DNA of 64,000 nucleotides from Minutocellus sp. GHC0000111 (lineage: Eukaryota). The translations under genes and the position numbers were made by a program. Under the pieces are notes generated by a model that searched no databases, was not told the origin of the DNA, and worked only from the letters and a program-made list of their open reading frames with translations. Where the stretch lies: positions 1,426,001 to 1,490,000 of the forward strand of contig OZ361259.1 in the NCBI GenBank assembly GCA_977018835.1, given 5' to 3'. Shown in pieces: positions 35,027-46,188 of the stretch (position 1 is the stretch's first letter; the number at the start of each line of letters is the position of its first letter).

Positions 35027-36241
35027 ATGGAGCTTATTGGTATCTTGAAAGCGTTCCTTCTGCTTCAGGCAACAAAATATATTGCCGCTGAAAGCCGTCC
35101 ATCATGGGACGTCATCGTCTCATCGGGGAGCTCGGTCGTTCGTCCTCCGACGGCCTTCGTCCGTAGCATGCCCGCTCATCGCGAACGTGTGAGTGACACC
35201 AAATACAAAATGCTCGTATGGGAAGTGCGCGCTTTATCTCGAGGGGCTCCTATATACCGATCGGTTGCTCTCTTTGCCAAACCGAAACCAACTGAGGAGG
35301 AGATGGAGAAACGAAGGGAGCAGCTACGAGAATTGCTGTGTGCTACGGAATCAGAGATCGAAAAACTTGTGCGTCAGAACCCAAGGTTTTGCATCGACGT
35401 GACATAATGCAATCTTATGGTCCAAAACTAGCCCTGCTACAGGAACAGTTTGGGATCAGTCAAAAGGAAGCAGGGAAAGTTTATCTCCACAACAACAGAA
35501 TGTTAGGCATGTCGCTTGCGTCAATAACTGAAACACTGGAAGAAATGACAAATTGGATTCAAGCATATTTGCACTTGACTGATGAGGAGTTGAGCATACT
35601 TGTCAGGAAGTTTCCAAAATTCCTTGTTTTGAATCCCGAGGAAAATCTTGAAAAGTTTCGGTATCTTCGTAAAACACTCGCGTTAAACGACGATTCTCTG
35701 AGAGACCTGCTTCTCAGGATGCCCTGGACTTTTTTCCTACAGCGAGAAGACAATCGAAAAGAAACTGGCATTTTACAGCAAGCTTTTGGGAGAGAGCGAA
35801 GCCAAGAGATTGGTTGCGGAGAGCCCGTACTTTATGGTCAACTATGGTCTAGAGAAGCGATTAAAACCTAGATTGGAGGAAGTTCTAAAGTCCGGTCAAA
35901 AGGTGCAGTGGGATAAATCGTTGGTAAGTCGACTTGCCACTCGAACTAACGAACAATGGGAAGAGTATGGGCTGGGAGATGCAAGCGAGAAGACAATCGA
36001 CAAGAGGGTGGCATTCTACAGTAGGCTTTTGGGTGAGAGAGAAGCCAAGAGATTGATTATGCAAAGCCCATACTTTGTTATCAACTATAGTCTAGAGAGG
36101 CGATTAAAACCTAGGTTGGAGGAAGTTCAAAAGTCCGGCCAAAAGGTCGAATGGGATAAAAAGTTGGTGATTCGACTGGCCACTCGTACTGATAAACAAT
36201 GGGAAGAGTATGGGCTGGGAAATAAAAAATTGGACAGGTAA
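35027..36241 (+). CDS. mTERF-family protein; frameshifts near 35390 and 35735; duplicated C-terminal module
   Basis: mTERF-like repeats (EIEKLVRQNPR, ELSILVRKFPKFL, NYSLERRLKPRL); N-terminal targeting-like peptide. Confidence 0.7.
35741..36221 (+). repeat. Intragenic tandem duplication, period 243 bp (81 aa)
   Basis: AGCGAGAAGACAATCGA at 35741 and 35984; both copies end GAAGAGTATGGGCTGGGA. Confidence 0.9.
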
Positions 36242-36325
36242 ACGAATATTTTATTATATCTGAACTTGCCATTGATTTACATTTATTGAAATATATGCAC
36301 AAATGTAAGCTCAAAGAATTGGCTT

Positions 36326-36763
36326 TCAAACAGATTCCAAGGATGGTAGTGACTCGTCGTCATCAAAAGGTGCTTGGGGGTTCCCGGTGAGTTGGAGCAA
36401 CTCGTTCTCGGTGGGTGTCAAGGATGGGTCGTTTACAAAAAAAGCATGGGAAATGTTGCGACCGTCCACGATGAATGTTCCGAGAGGTCCTACATGTGTC
36501 ACCCTCCTGGCCAAAGGTTCATGGGAGTTGCGACGGTACATTGTCAGCCCTAACGCCGGGTTATCGTAGTAAGCAGTGGTTTCTTGAGCTATATCGCTTT
36601 CTTGGCCAGCACATGTACTAGTACTTGCAGCATCTGCTTCATCGCTGCTACTTTTGCTCCGTCGACGGTTCCACCATGCCCGCGAGGCTCCGAGAGAATC
36701 GCAGAAACCGCAGAGTAGCGAATGGACGTTGGGCGGAAGTGACGGAAAAAGCATAGTGGTCAT
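36326..36763 (-). CDS. Small hypothetical protein
   Basis: 145-aa ATG ORF between mTERF and RRP15; no motif recognised. Confidence 0.4.
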   Translation of the reverse strand: MTTMLFPSLPPNVHSLLCGFCDSLGASRAWWNRRRSKSSSDEADAASTSTCAGQESDIAQETTAYYDNPALGLTMYRRNSHEPLARRVTHVGPLGTFIVDGRNISHAFFVNDPSLTPTENELLQLTGNPQAPFDDDESLPSLESV

Positions 36764-37113
36764 TTGGATGAATGGATGGTCAACAGAGAATGAAGGAGGG
36801 AGAGACGCGGAATACGAGACTGGTGCATCGAAAAGTAGAGCCTCTTGAGCTGGCTCTTATCTTCGCAGTTTGGTTCGCACCGGACGACGGGCGGACTTGC
36901 AACTGCACTTCGCACTTCGCACACGGATCGAGGACAGACCAAACATTTTCAGGCCAAGAGAATTTTGGGCACGATCATACTCCATCCCTCCCAAAGCCAG
37001 AGAACCGACAGCTTCCACAAAGCGTCCGAGCATTACGATATCCGCTGCGCATCTACTCAGTTATAAGCACATTTATCTTGTGCCGTTCTCTTGTTTTATA
37101 ATATTCCATCACC

Positions 37114-38489
37114 ATGGTCAAGCATCATCAGAAGAAAAAGAAGAAGCTGTCCAAATCCAAAAAGGATGAGGCCGCAAAGGAGCGCGAATTGCGTCTCAAC
37201 AATTTGGATCAGTTTGCCGGTTCCAGTGATGAGGAAGAGGTTGATCCCAAGGCAGTAGCCGCTGCGAGTGATGATGACGATGACCAATCTGGCGATTCGT
37301 CCGATGATTACGAGCAGTATGACCAAAAGCAAAAGGGACCCCGTCGTCGTGGTGGCGTCGGTGCCCGCAAACGCTCGGCCAGTGTCGGCAATGAGGCCGA
37401 TGTCGAGGAAGATGAGAGCAGTGACGACGATGATAGTGAGGACGAAGTAGAGCAGAAGAAGCCTTCCAAGGCCAGTAGTAAAAAGAGTAGACGCCAAGAG
37501 GAAGCTGACTCGTCAGGCGATGATGATGATGATGATGATGATGACGACGACGTCGATGAATACGGAGACGATGAGTTTGGCGACGGTGTTGCTGGTCAAG
37601 ACAACGAGATGGAATCGGCCGATGAATTCGAGGGAGGCGACACGTCTCTCTCGGCTGTTGCCAGCAAGAGCGCCGGTATGGCTGGTGCTATGGCCCGTAT
37701 TCTTGGGGCTGGCATTGGTGGGTCGGCTCCTCCATCGCAAAAGGCACCCTCCAGCAAGTCCCAGTCCACCACCAACGCCACTGGATCGGTCATTCTGTCC
37801 AAAACCAAGACGCCACTGCAAAAGCTTCAGGAAAAGCAAAAGTCGGCCGATGCGGCGTTGCGAGAGAAGCGCCGGCAGCGCCGTGAGACCAACCTGACGG
37901 CCATGCACGTCCCCCTGAGCGCGGCGACGTCCCGCCCCTGTCCATATCGCAAGACGGGCAGGTCATCAAGAGCGCCATCGCCCAAGAGCTCGAGGAGGAA
38001 CGCGCCCACCGCCGCGTCGCCACCCGCGGCGTCGTGGCGCTGTTCAATGCCATCTCCAAGCACCAGGACAAGATGCGGGAGGAGGCCAGCGCCGAGCACC
38101 GGGCGGCCGCCAAGGCTGCGGCCTCCAAGTCCGGCGGCAAGAGCGCCGAGGAGGTCAAGGTCATGTCGAAGCGTGGATTCTTGGACATGCTCAAGACCAA
38201 TGCCACCAAGGTTGATGGCGGTGCAGCGGCCAAGTCTGCCGAGGATGAGACATCCAAGGATGCCACCTCCTCTAAGTCCAAATCGGGCGGTTGGAATGCT
38301 CTCAAGGATGACTTTATGATGACGTCCAAGCTCAAGGATTGGGATAAGGAGCTGTCCGACGAGGAAGATAGTGATGACGACGACGACGAAGCTGGTGGCG
38401 GAGGAGGTGGCAATGTGGTGAATGATGACTGGAGCGATGACGATGATAAGGTATCGTCGGCTGCCAAGAGGCAACGAGTGCGAGCCTGA
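37114..38489 (+). CDS. RRP15: rRNA processing protein RRP15; frameshift near 37940
   Basis: Acidic N-terminus, MAGAMARIL, ILSK, EEERAHRRVATRGVVALFNAISKHQ, MSKRGFLDMLK, WNALKDDFMM..KLKDWDK. Confidence 0.88.
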
Positions 38490-38568
38490 AGTCTAGTAGG
38501 GCACATTAAAAATCGTCTACATATGTAGATCTATCTACATTTTTAAATTACAATGTACAAATCCGTCC

Positions 38569-38738
38569 CCACCTACATGTATAAGCAATTTCTGCTGAGA
38601 GCCCAGCCCTCAAATTTCTTATTTTGGAATAAGGAATAACATGCGAATGAGGTACCAATTCGCTCTTAGAATAAGCAATATGTTCAGAATCTCAGTCCTC
38701 ACCTAAGCAATTTGAAATTGCTTTTAAAAGGTAGGTGG
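38569..38738. mobile_element. Possible MITE (~170 bp) with imperfect terminal inverted repeats
   Basis: Left CCACCTACATGTATAAGCAATTTC vs reverse complement of right end CCACCTACCTTTTAAAAGCAATTTC; AT-rich interior; no clear TSD. Confidence 0.4.
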
Positions 38739-39348
38739 CTACATGTACCTAGGTACCAGGTACGGACTGTACACATGATTCAAAACGTCAAAATCGAGTA
38801 GACTCTATATGTAGATCTACATACATGTACATGTATTGTTTGTACAGTACACGTAGATCTACACACATATTCATTCATTCAACTCTTTTGCCGGTTATAG
38901 ACCCAATCTCACTGCAGAGACTAACTTGCGGGCGACACTGATGGTCTGGACGGACGGCGGCTGCATACGGGCCTGTTTTGTGTGTGGCGGCTGGGGGGGG
39001 ACGGACTCGAGTCATTACATGTATGACCCAAGAGGGGGCTAAGTGATTTGAGGGCAGTAGTGTGAATGTCACCCAAGGCGCAACTCAATCAAAACACAAG
39101 AACCCAAGGCAAATAAATGAGACAATTAGATCATTGGCGCATTATACCCGAACATGACACGCGAAGCGCACCGCGCCACCAAGTTGCTAAATTTGTCATG
39201 CAATGGCTCCATTTTTGTAGCGGCACTCACACAGTGCAACGGATCCTTTGATCGCAACTCTCACAAATTGAGTGCAACGGATCCCAGCGAATCGAAGCAC
39301 AATATTTGCATCGAAAGAAGACGACGACGCCAAAGTACAACTTTCATC

Positions 39349-42300
39349 ATGTATTCGTCCCAGGTAATCTTTGCGACTGCCGCTATCATCGTCGGTAAGC
39401 CCGTTTGTGCGCCGCTCTTATTCATACTTACGAAGTCCGTTTCGCGAGAAATCGAGCGCAGGGTCGGGACCAAAACAGCGACTTTTTGGGCCCGCAACCG
39501 CCTGAATCTTAGATCTACCGGCATTGAATACATGTACGATGCAAAGTACATGTATTGCAGCAGCTAGTATCCAGATCTACAATCCAATTAACACAATATA
39601 ACTTAAAAGCACCGCAGGACTAATTATCCATGGTTGGATCAGCAGGAGGAGGAGCGATAATTTTCCCATCTATCCGAACCATGCCATTTTCAGTCGGCCT
39701 GAAATCCTTTCGCACCCCAACATGAATGCCTTCACCGTTTCCAAGAAAATCATTGTTGCCTTTTGCAACGATTACCTTCTTTGCAATTCTATGAGCCTGG
39801 ATGTATGCCGATGCGATCTTCCAGTTTTCCAGCCCCATCCAAACTTCCTCCGCTGCATCCCAAGTCTGATCCTCTGTCAAAACCTTCAGCCCCTCCCGAT
39901 CGCGGCACAACATTGTATGCTGCTTTGACATGCAAGGGAAAACAGACAGATCAAGAACATTCATATGGGGCATTTGCGGGGCCTGAGGTTCCCAACGCCA
40001 TCCCTTGTCCCGACAGTATCCTTCCACATATTCCACAAATTCAGTCTCGGCATGGGGCCAGCATTGTCGCCCTGGAAAATAGGGACATAGCCTTCAAACT
40101 TTCCGCCAGGTCCGACCAAAGCCTCAACATCCGGAAATATCTTGTTCTCAAACAAAGCTTTCAGTGGGAACTTGGGATTATCAAGGGTGCCATGGCTGCA
40201 TCCAGTCACCGCGCAATCCACAAGGTATAGATCGTCTTTCTTCCGAACCACCGGGCCGCAATATTTGATTCTACCATCTGCCTGCCGCACCGCCTCCCTT
40301 ACCATCTGCCTCGCAATTTTATGCGCCTGAGCCCGAAAAAGTCCAAGCTTGAACGCAATGCCGCCATTCTCAATGCTGTCAATAAAAGCCAAGGCAGTGA
40401 CAGCCACCACCATGCACTTGTTGATGTGATTCTGGTGATATGCCGAGAAGGACCGAGGATCAATACCCAATTCTGCAACTTGCTTGGCATACGATCGAAG
40501 AACCAAGCCCCAAAACCACTTCTCATCGAACATAACAAGGAGAAACTTGCCACCGCCGAGCCCCCAATTGTTTCGGAATTTCCGCGCAAATGCCAAATGT
40601 TTCTCCATCTGATGTGTAGTAAGGAGAGGGATGATCCTTTCGGCATAGTACCGGAACCCTTCCCGCGACATTATCCACCGCCGTATTGCCGAGTAGGAAC
40701 ACCAAAAGTTGACATCCACCTCCAGCTCCCGCCAAGATTCCCGAGGATTTCGTATCAGAGCATCAACAATAACATCTCGAATGTATGGCTGCATAGCCAG
40801 ATGAGATCTCCTCTTCATCTCCCACATCGCCTTCTCAGATGCAGGTAGAGCACCATACGCCTTCATCCATCCCGAAAATCGTGCACCATGCTCTGCGCTG
40901 GACAGCACCGAATAGTCCACCTTTGCCTGCTCCCTGCACTTGGCAATTGCAAAGAGACATGGTGCAGTATACCGCCGGGTCGCCGTTGCAAGATCGTCGA
41001 TGACAGAACGGAAGGCGGCCGAATCAGATGAATCATCGGCACTCGTTGGGAAGCAGTATACCGGTCCAAGTGCGACGAACGCGTCCATTTGATTAGAGCC
41101 GCTGAAATCTAAAGTCTTATCCGAATTATTGTTTCACATGAAGATAAATCAAAATTAGAGTAAAAATAGCCATTTTCTTAAATATTTCAGCATGACTATT
41201 CTTCGAGGCGCTTTTCAATCCCCTCGAAAGCAGTCAAAAACCGGGCGCTCGATTTCTCGCGAATCTGACCTCGTATATGTAGTGTTTGTCACCGTGCCGT
41301 TTGATGATCTCATGCATGCATGCAGCGATCCGATGAGTGTGATGTGCATTGTAGCTGCTTTGTGCATTTTGACTTGTGCCCATGCATATATTCTAATATA
41401 TACTCATACTTTACATTTTCTCTTTCTCTTCTTTTTTTCATCGACAATATCTGATCCCAACACAGGCTCTATCGTTGAGATCGAGGCTGGGAAAAGTGGT
41501 ATTCGCAATCTCCTCCAGCTCCGTCATGGTGCCGACAACAAGGTAAGCGAGTGAATTTCATGTATTCATAAAGATATGGCTACTTATTTCGTTGTACGAG
41601 TGATTCGCAATTGAATATATTGAATTGCCTTCTACCCCCCGTAATACTAATACTATTTTGACTGCATAAAAAATGCAGCTCGATAACAGGCACCTCCAAG
41701 GTGCGCCTCAGCATCCAGATCTTTCGAACGTTGCGACTACTGGCGGGAAATTCTCTGCCGATGTGACCTTCTATCAGCAAGGAAACCAATACATTCGTAT
41801 CCTCAAGAACGACTGCAAAACCAAATTCACCCCCGGTGTCGAGTTCTCTGCTGATAGTAAAGCTAGTTCCAAGTCCGAGTGGGCGGAAACGGGTGGAGCC
41901 AACGACGTAGTTCCCTTCGAGATCCCTCTAAAAAATTTCCTCAATCACATTGCAGACCACAACGGACAGGTAGATATATGCATCCAACTCGAGACTGATA
42001 ATACCCTCACGAAGATCCAATACGAAGTGAAGCTAGATCTTACTCACGAGACTGCCGCCTTCAGCGTCGACGTCAAGCAGCCAGATGCCGTCGTGGCTGG
42101 CGTCACAGTCAATACGCAGCTCACCGCCTGGGTATGTGCCGGCGATGATGCAAGTCCTGTTTTAGCCAACAAGATCGATGAACTTGAGGTACCCGGAAAG
42201 ATCTACATATGCATCAAATGCACCGACGGTTACGCCATCCGACGTGGCGAACTTTCTGCCGATGCGGCTGAGACAGGGCCAGGTTCTGACAAGACAATCG

Positions 42301-43116
42301 CCAACTACATGACCCTAGCAAATGGAGTCACTGGGCAATACGACGTCGATGATACCTATCAAGTCATGTCTACCAGCGGCGATCTCATCCGAGTCTCCAT
42401 CATGGGCGACAGGACCTGGGCACCTGTTTTGTCTCAGAGCACTCTCTCCATCACAGTCGATGCCTACTTTGAGCCAGTGGCCGGCCGTCTTCTTGCATCC
42501 CGACTCCTACGAGGGCGAAGAGGGAAAGAAGTTTCAGCCTGGCCGTCTACGAATCAGAGGTGATGATCAAGAGTCTACAACTAGTGAAAGTTTCTTTCAC
42601 GAAGGAGTGGAATTTTCATCCTTTACTACCACCGTGCAGCTCATGGGTCCCTCTGAAGAGGAGAATACTGCTACTGCCGTCATGGGCTGTGCCATTGGTG
42701 CTGGCATCCTGGCCTTTGTTTGCTGCTTCTACTTTATTCTCGCTCGCAAGCTTCGCCCCGACAACAAGGAGGAAAATAATAACAAAGCAGCTATCTACCC
42801 CGATGCCAAGTCCATCGTCTCCAGTACCGCTGCTAGCACTAGCGCTTCTTCCATCTCTTCCATTGATAGCCGTCACGTCCCCGGCCCAAATATCAAAGCG
42901 ATGAGAGATCTGCCTCATACTCATGAGGCCCGTCCCAGTATCAAATCTGGCCGCAAATACAATGGTGGCGCGCCCCCTCGCAATGTGCCCCCTCGCTACA
43001 ATGGTACAACTCCTCGCAATGTATCCCCTCGCGATGGCAACGTGCCTCCTCGCAAGGTCCCCCCCCCGCAGCAGCAAGGTGCCTTCTCGCAATGTCCCCC
43101 ACGTGAGAAGTACTGA
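39349..43116 (+). CDS. Type I membrane protein, paralog A (signal peptide, RXL motifs, Cys-containing beta-rich ectodomain, TM, Pro/Arg-rich tail); exons 39349-39394, 41466-41542, 41679-43116; frameshift near 42510
   Basis: Splicing gives MYSSQVIFATAAIIVG|SIVEIEAGKSGIRNLLQLRHGADNK|LDNRHLQGAPQHPDL..; TM AVMGCAIGAGILAFVCCFYFILA; colinear with paralog at 44054. Confidence 0.75.
39431..41273 (-). mobile_element. Tc1/mariner (IS630-Tc1-mariner) DNA transposon, 1843 bp, inside intron 1 of paralog A
   Basis: 29-bp TIRs 39431-39459 CGAAGTCCGTTTCGCGAGAAATCGAGCGC and 41245-41273 (rc CGAGGTCAGATTCGCGAGAAATCGAGCGC, 3 mismatches); TA on both flanks; internal transposase. Confidence 0.92.
39620..41088 (-). 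CDS. Mariner-like DDD transposase; frameshift at the C-run near 40055
   Basis: HTH region (RNPRESWREL..SYSAIRRWI), FDEKWF, FQGDNAGP(H), QAPQMPHMNVLDLSVF. Confidence 0.88.
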
Positions 43117-44053
43117 TCTACAACAAGTTGCTGGCTAGCTAGCTAAGTTTGGTTTTGTATATCATTTGAATGTCATGCAGTGTGAAACGTAGGGAAAAGG
43201 TGTTGGCAGTGTCCATATCGCTACATTGGGAGGACCCTGCATGTACTGCACCGATCCTCGCCTCCTGCCATATAAAATAAAGCTAAGTGTAAAAGTTCAT
43301 GCGTGCGAACGATTTGAATGGTTTTTCGTCATGTGCCATCTCATTCAAGTGCACTTGGCAATTGGCACATGGCATTGCGTGCGTGCATCAACATGAGTAT
43401 CGCTACCAGCTAACAAGCTGCAAAGCGCAGCTGATAGCCATAGGTTGCTACTTCATCTTTTTCGCTGCCAAAGCCACCGGGAATTCCTCTCAGTAACGCC
43501 GTCCTCGCTCCATGTGCGCGCCGCAACCGAAAAAACGGTGCGCTATACCGCCACAAAATAAGCGATAAGAAAATTGACCACGCCAGCAAGGTGCACCATG
43601 TTGCCAACGTCAATGAATGCCGCCAACAGTCCCACATACAAATTCCATTGCCGCCACCCTACAAGATGCGCGATACTCGGATATCTGTCGCCTAATTATC
43701 ACTCCCGGTCGGCGTCATGCGTTGCGAACGTCCGCGATAATGGGGGCCCATGTGTGCTTTTTGACACTTGGCCGACCTGTGGGGCTGGGATGGGGGCTTA
43801 TGTGTCAGACGAGACACATCGAAAGCCGGACAGTGGACATTGAATGCCGGATTTCGGACATCATTGCCGGATCGACGGAGATTTCGACATGCCACGCCCA
43901 AGGCAACGCACATAGCACGGCGCACTCCGTCCACAACTTTCTCGTCGTTCGAGCTACTTCGTTCGTCTCACATATTTCAGATTCGTCGTGCGAAGAGAAA
44001 GGTCAAACATAAAACGCAATCGAATCGAACACAACGAAGTCAATTGTAGAGAT

Positions 44054-45944
44054 ATGTTTTCGCCCCGCATATTCCTCGCCATCGCATTCGTCGTCGGTAA
44101 GTACAATCATTTGAGAGGAGACTCATTGCGACAAGTGCCGTGGCCGAGCGAGATGCGAAGGCCACGTCGTATCTTTGGCCTTCGTCGGTCGCTGAACATT
44201 GGATCCTGACTTACATCTTACATCCTCCCCCGCCTTTTCTTCTTTTTTGTCACGAACACATATCATCCGACAGGTTCTATCGTTGAGGCCAAGACAAGTA
44301 CTAGTAGCACCTCTCTTCGGCGTCAAGTTGTACTTCATGATGATAGTACCCGCAATCTACAGGGCAGACCCAAGCATCCTGATCTGAGTATCACTTCCAC
44401 CAATGGAGGAACCATTACCGCTTCCGCAGAGTTTTTTCAGGGCGGCAATCGCTACGTTCGCGTTTTCAAGAACGACTGCGAGACCAAGTTCGATCCCGAT
44501 GTGGACTTCACCGTTGGAGGCGTTTCCTCTGCCGACTCGGAGTGGACCGAAAACGGCAATGCCAACGAGAAAGTAGACTTCGTGATACCTCTCAAGCATC
44601 TCAACGGGCACCTCGACACCACTGACGCAGGGAAGGTGGACGTTTGCATTCAGCTCGAGACCGTCAACACCCTCAGCAATACTCAAGTGACTGTCCAACT
44701 CGACCTTACCCATTCAGCTACAGCAGTATCCGTTGAGGCCAAGCAGCCAGATGCCATCGATCTTGCTCCGGTGAACATCGAAACTAAAGTCGATGCCTGG
44801 GTATGTGCTGGTAATGCCGACAATCCAGCCATTACCGACACCAAGATTGATTCTCTCGAGGTCCCCGGTAAAATCTACGTGTGTGTGGAAGTTAATGAAG
44901 GCTACGCCATCCAAAGTGGCAAGCTCGTTGCCGATGCCGCTCGGACTCAAGGCGACGACAAAACTATTGACAACTATATGGTCCTAGCAAGTGGTGTCAC
45001 TGGGCAATACAACGTGGCCGACACCTTCCAAGTCTTGAAACCGAACCTTGTTCGAGTTTCCATCATGGGTGACAGGAATTGGGCACCTGTCTTGTCTTCA
45101 GACACTCTTACCATTACCGTCGATGCCTACTTTGTGCCCACCGCCGATCGTCGTTTGGCATCATCTCGTCACCTTGCCAAGTTTCAGCCCGGCAGCCTAC
45201 GCATCAAGAACGCCAACGCCAAGGAGCAGAAATTTGCTTCCGCCTTTACGACGGTTCAGCTTAGGGCCGCTTCTGATACTGTCTGGTGCTGGTCCTGCTC
45301 CTACTTCTGGAGTTATTCCTGACGACACTACTTCTACCAATCAACCAAAGACGAACATACCGGTCATTGCTTGTGCCGCCGGCGCTGGTGCTTTCGTGGT
45401 GCTGGTTGCGGTTGCCTTCCTCCTTATTTCTCGCAAAAGGCGCCAGAATGAGGAAGCCAACGAAAAGGCTGTCGCCGCCCTCAACACGACCGACAAGGGT
45501 TCCCTCGACTCCACTACCAGAAGCTCTCTTCGAAGCTCTATCAGCTCTAGCAATGGCAGCGATCATGATACTTCTCGTACCAGCGCCAGTAACCCCAGGA
45601 TCTTCGGGAACCCCAATGCCCGTGGCCCACCCCGTCGTCCACCTCAAGACTCTCAACGCGCTTCCCCTCGTCGTCCTCAGCAAAGCTCTCATCGTGGTCC
45701 TTCTCACTGTCAGCCAGAAGGGTCTTTACGTGGTCCCCCACGCCGCACCGATGGCAGCATTCCCACCGGTGCTCCCCGTAATGCTCCTCCTCGACGTCCC
45801 AATTGTCCACCCCGCTCTAACAGCCGTTCTAGAGGCCCCGTTCTCGCCAACGGAGGTCGCGTTGCTCCTCCCCGTCGTCACAATGGCAATGTCCCTCGCC
45901 CTCCCTACGGTCATCTTCGCCCCAAGACCCCTCCCCCGTATTAA
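44054..45944 (+). CDS. Type I membrane protein, paralog B; exons 44054-44096, 44274-45944; frameshift near 45280
   Basis: MFSPRIFLAIAFVVG|SIVEAK..RNLQGRPKHPDL..KNDCETKF..VDVCIQLET..LEVPGKIYVC..SIMGDRNWAPVLS..RRLASSRHLA; TM IPVIACAAGAGAFVVLVAVAFLLI; PPRRP-rich tail. Confidence 0.78.
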
Positions 45945-46188
45945 ATTCTCAAGAAGGGTTTCAGTGTGCCAATTGCTCAGAGCGCAAAGTTAAGCCAATA
46001 TCATGTCAAAATTTATCAAAAAGAAGTAAGAAAGAAAGTACAATGTGTTGCAATTTGGATTGCAACTTCCGCATAAAATCAATTACATTAAATTAATTTA
46101 GGTTACATGTATAAAGTTATACATTGAGAGTGAAATGAAATCGAAATAAATATACAGTAAGAGGACTTAGTAGTCGTACTATATATAC

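Noticed and set aside
37519..37552. (GAT)n/(GAC)n run
   Set aside because: Encodes the poly-Asp tract of RRP15; ordinary coding microsatellite
35006..38489. Calling the frameshifted mTERF and RRP15 genes pseudogenes
   Set aside because: Otherwise intact motifs and window-wide indels favour consensus errors
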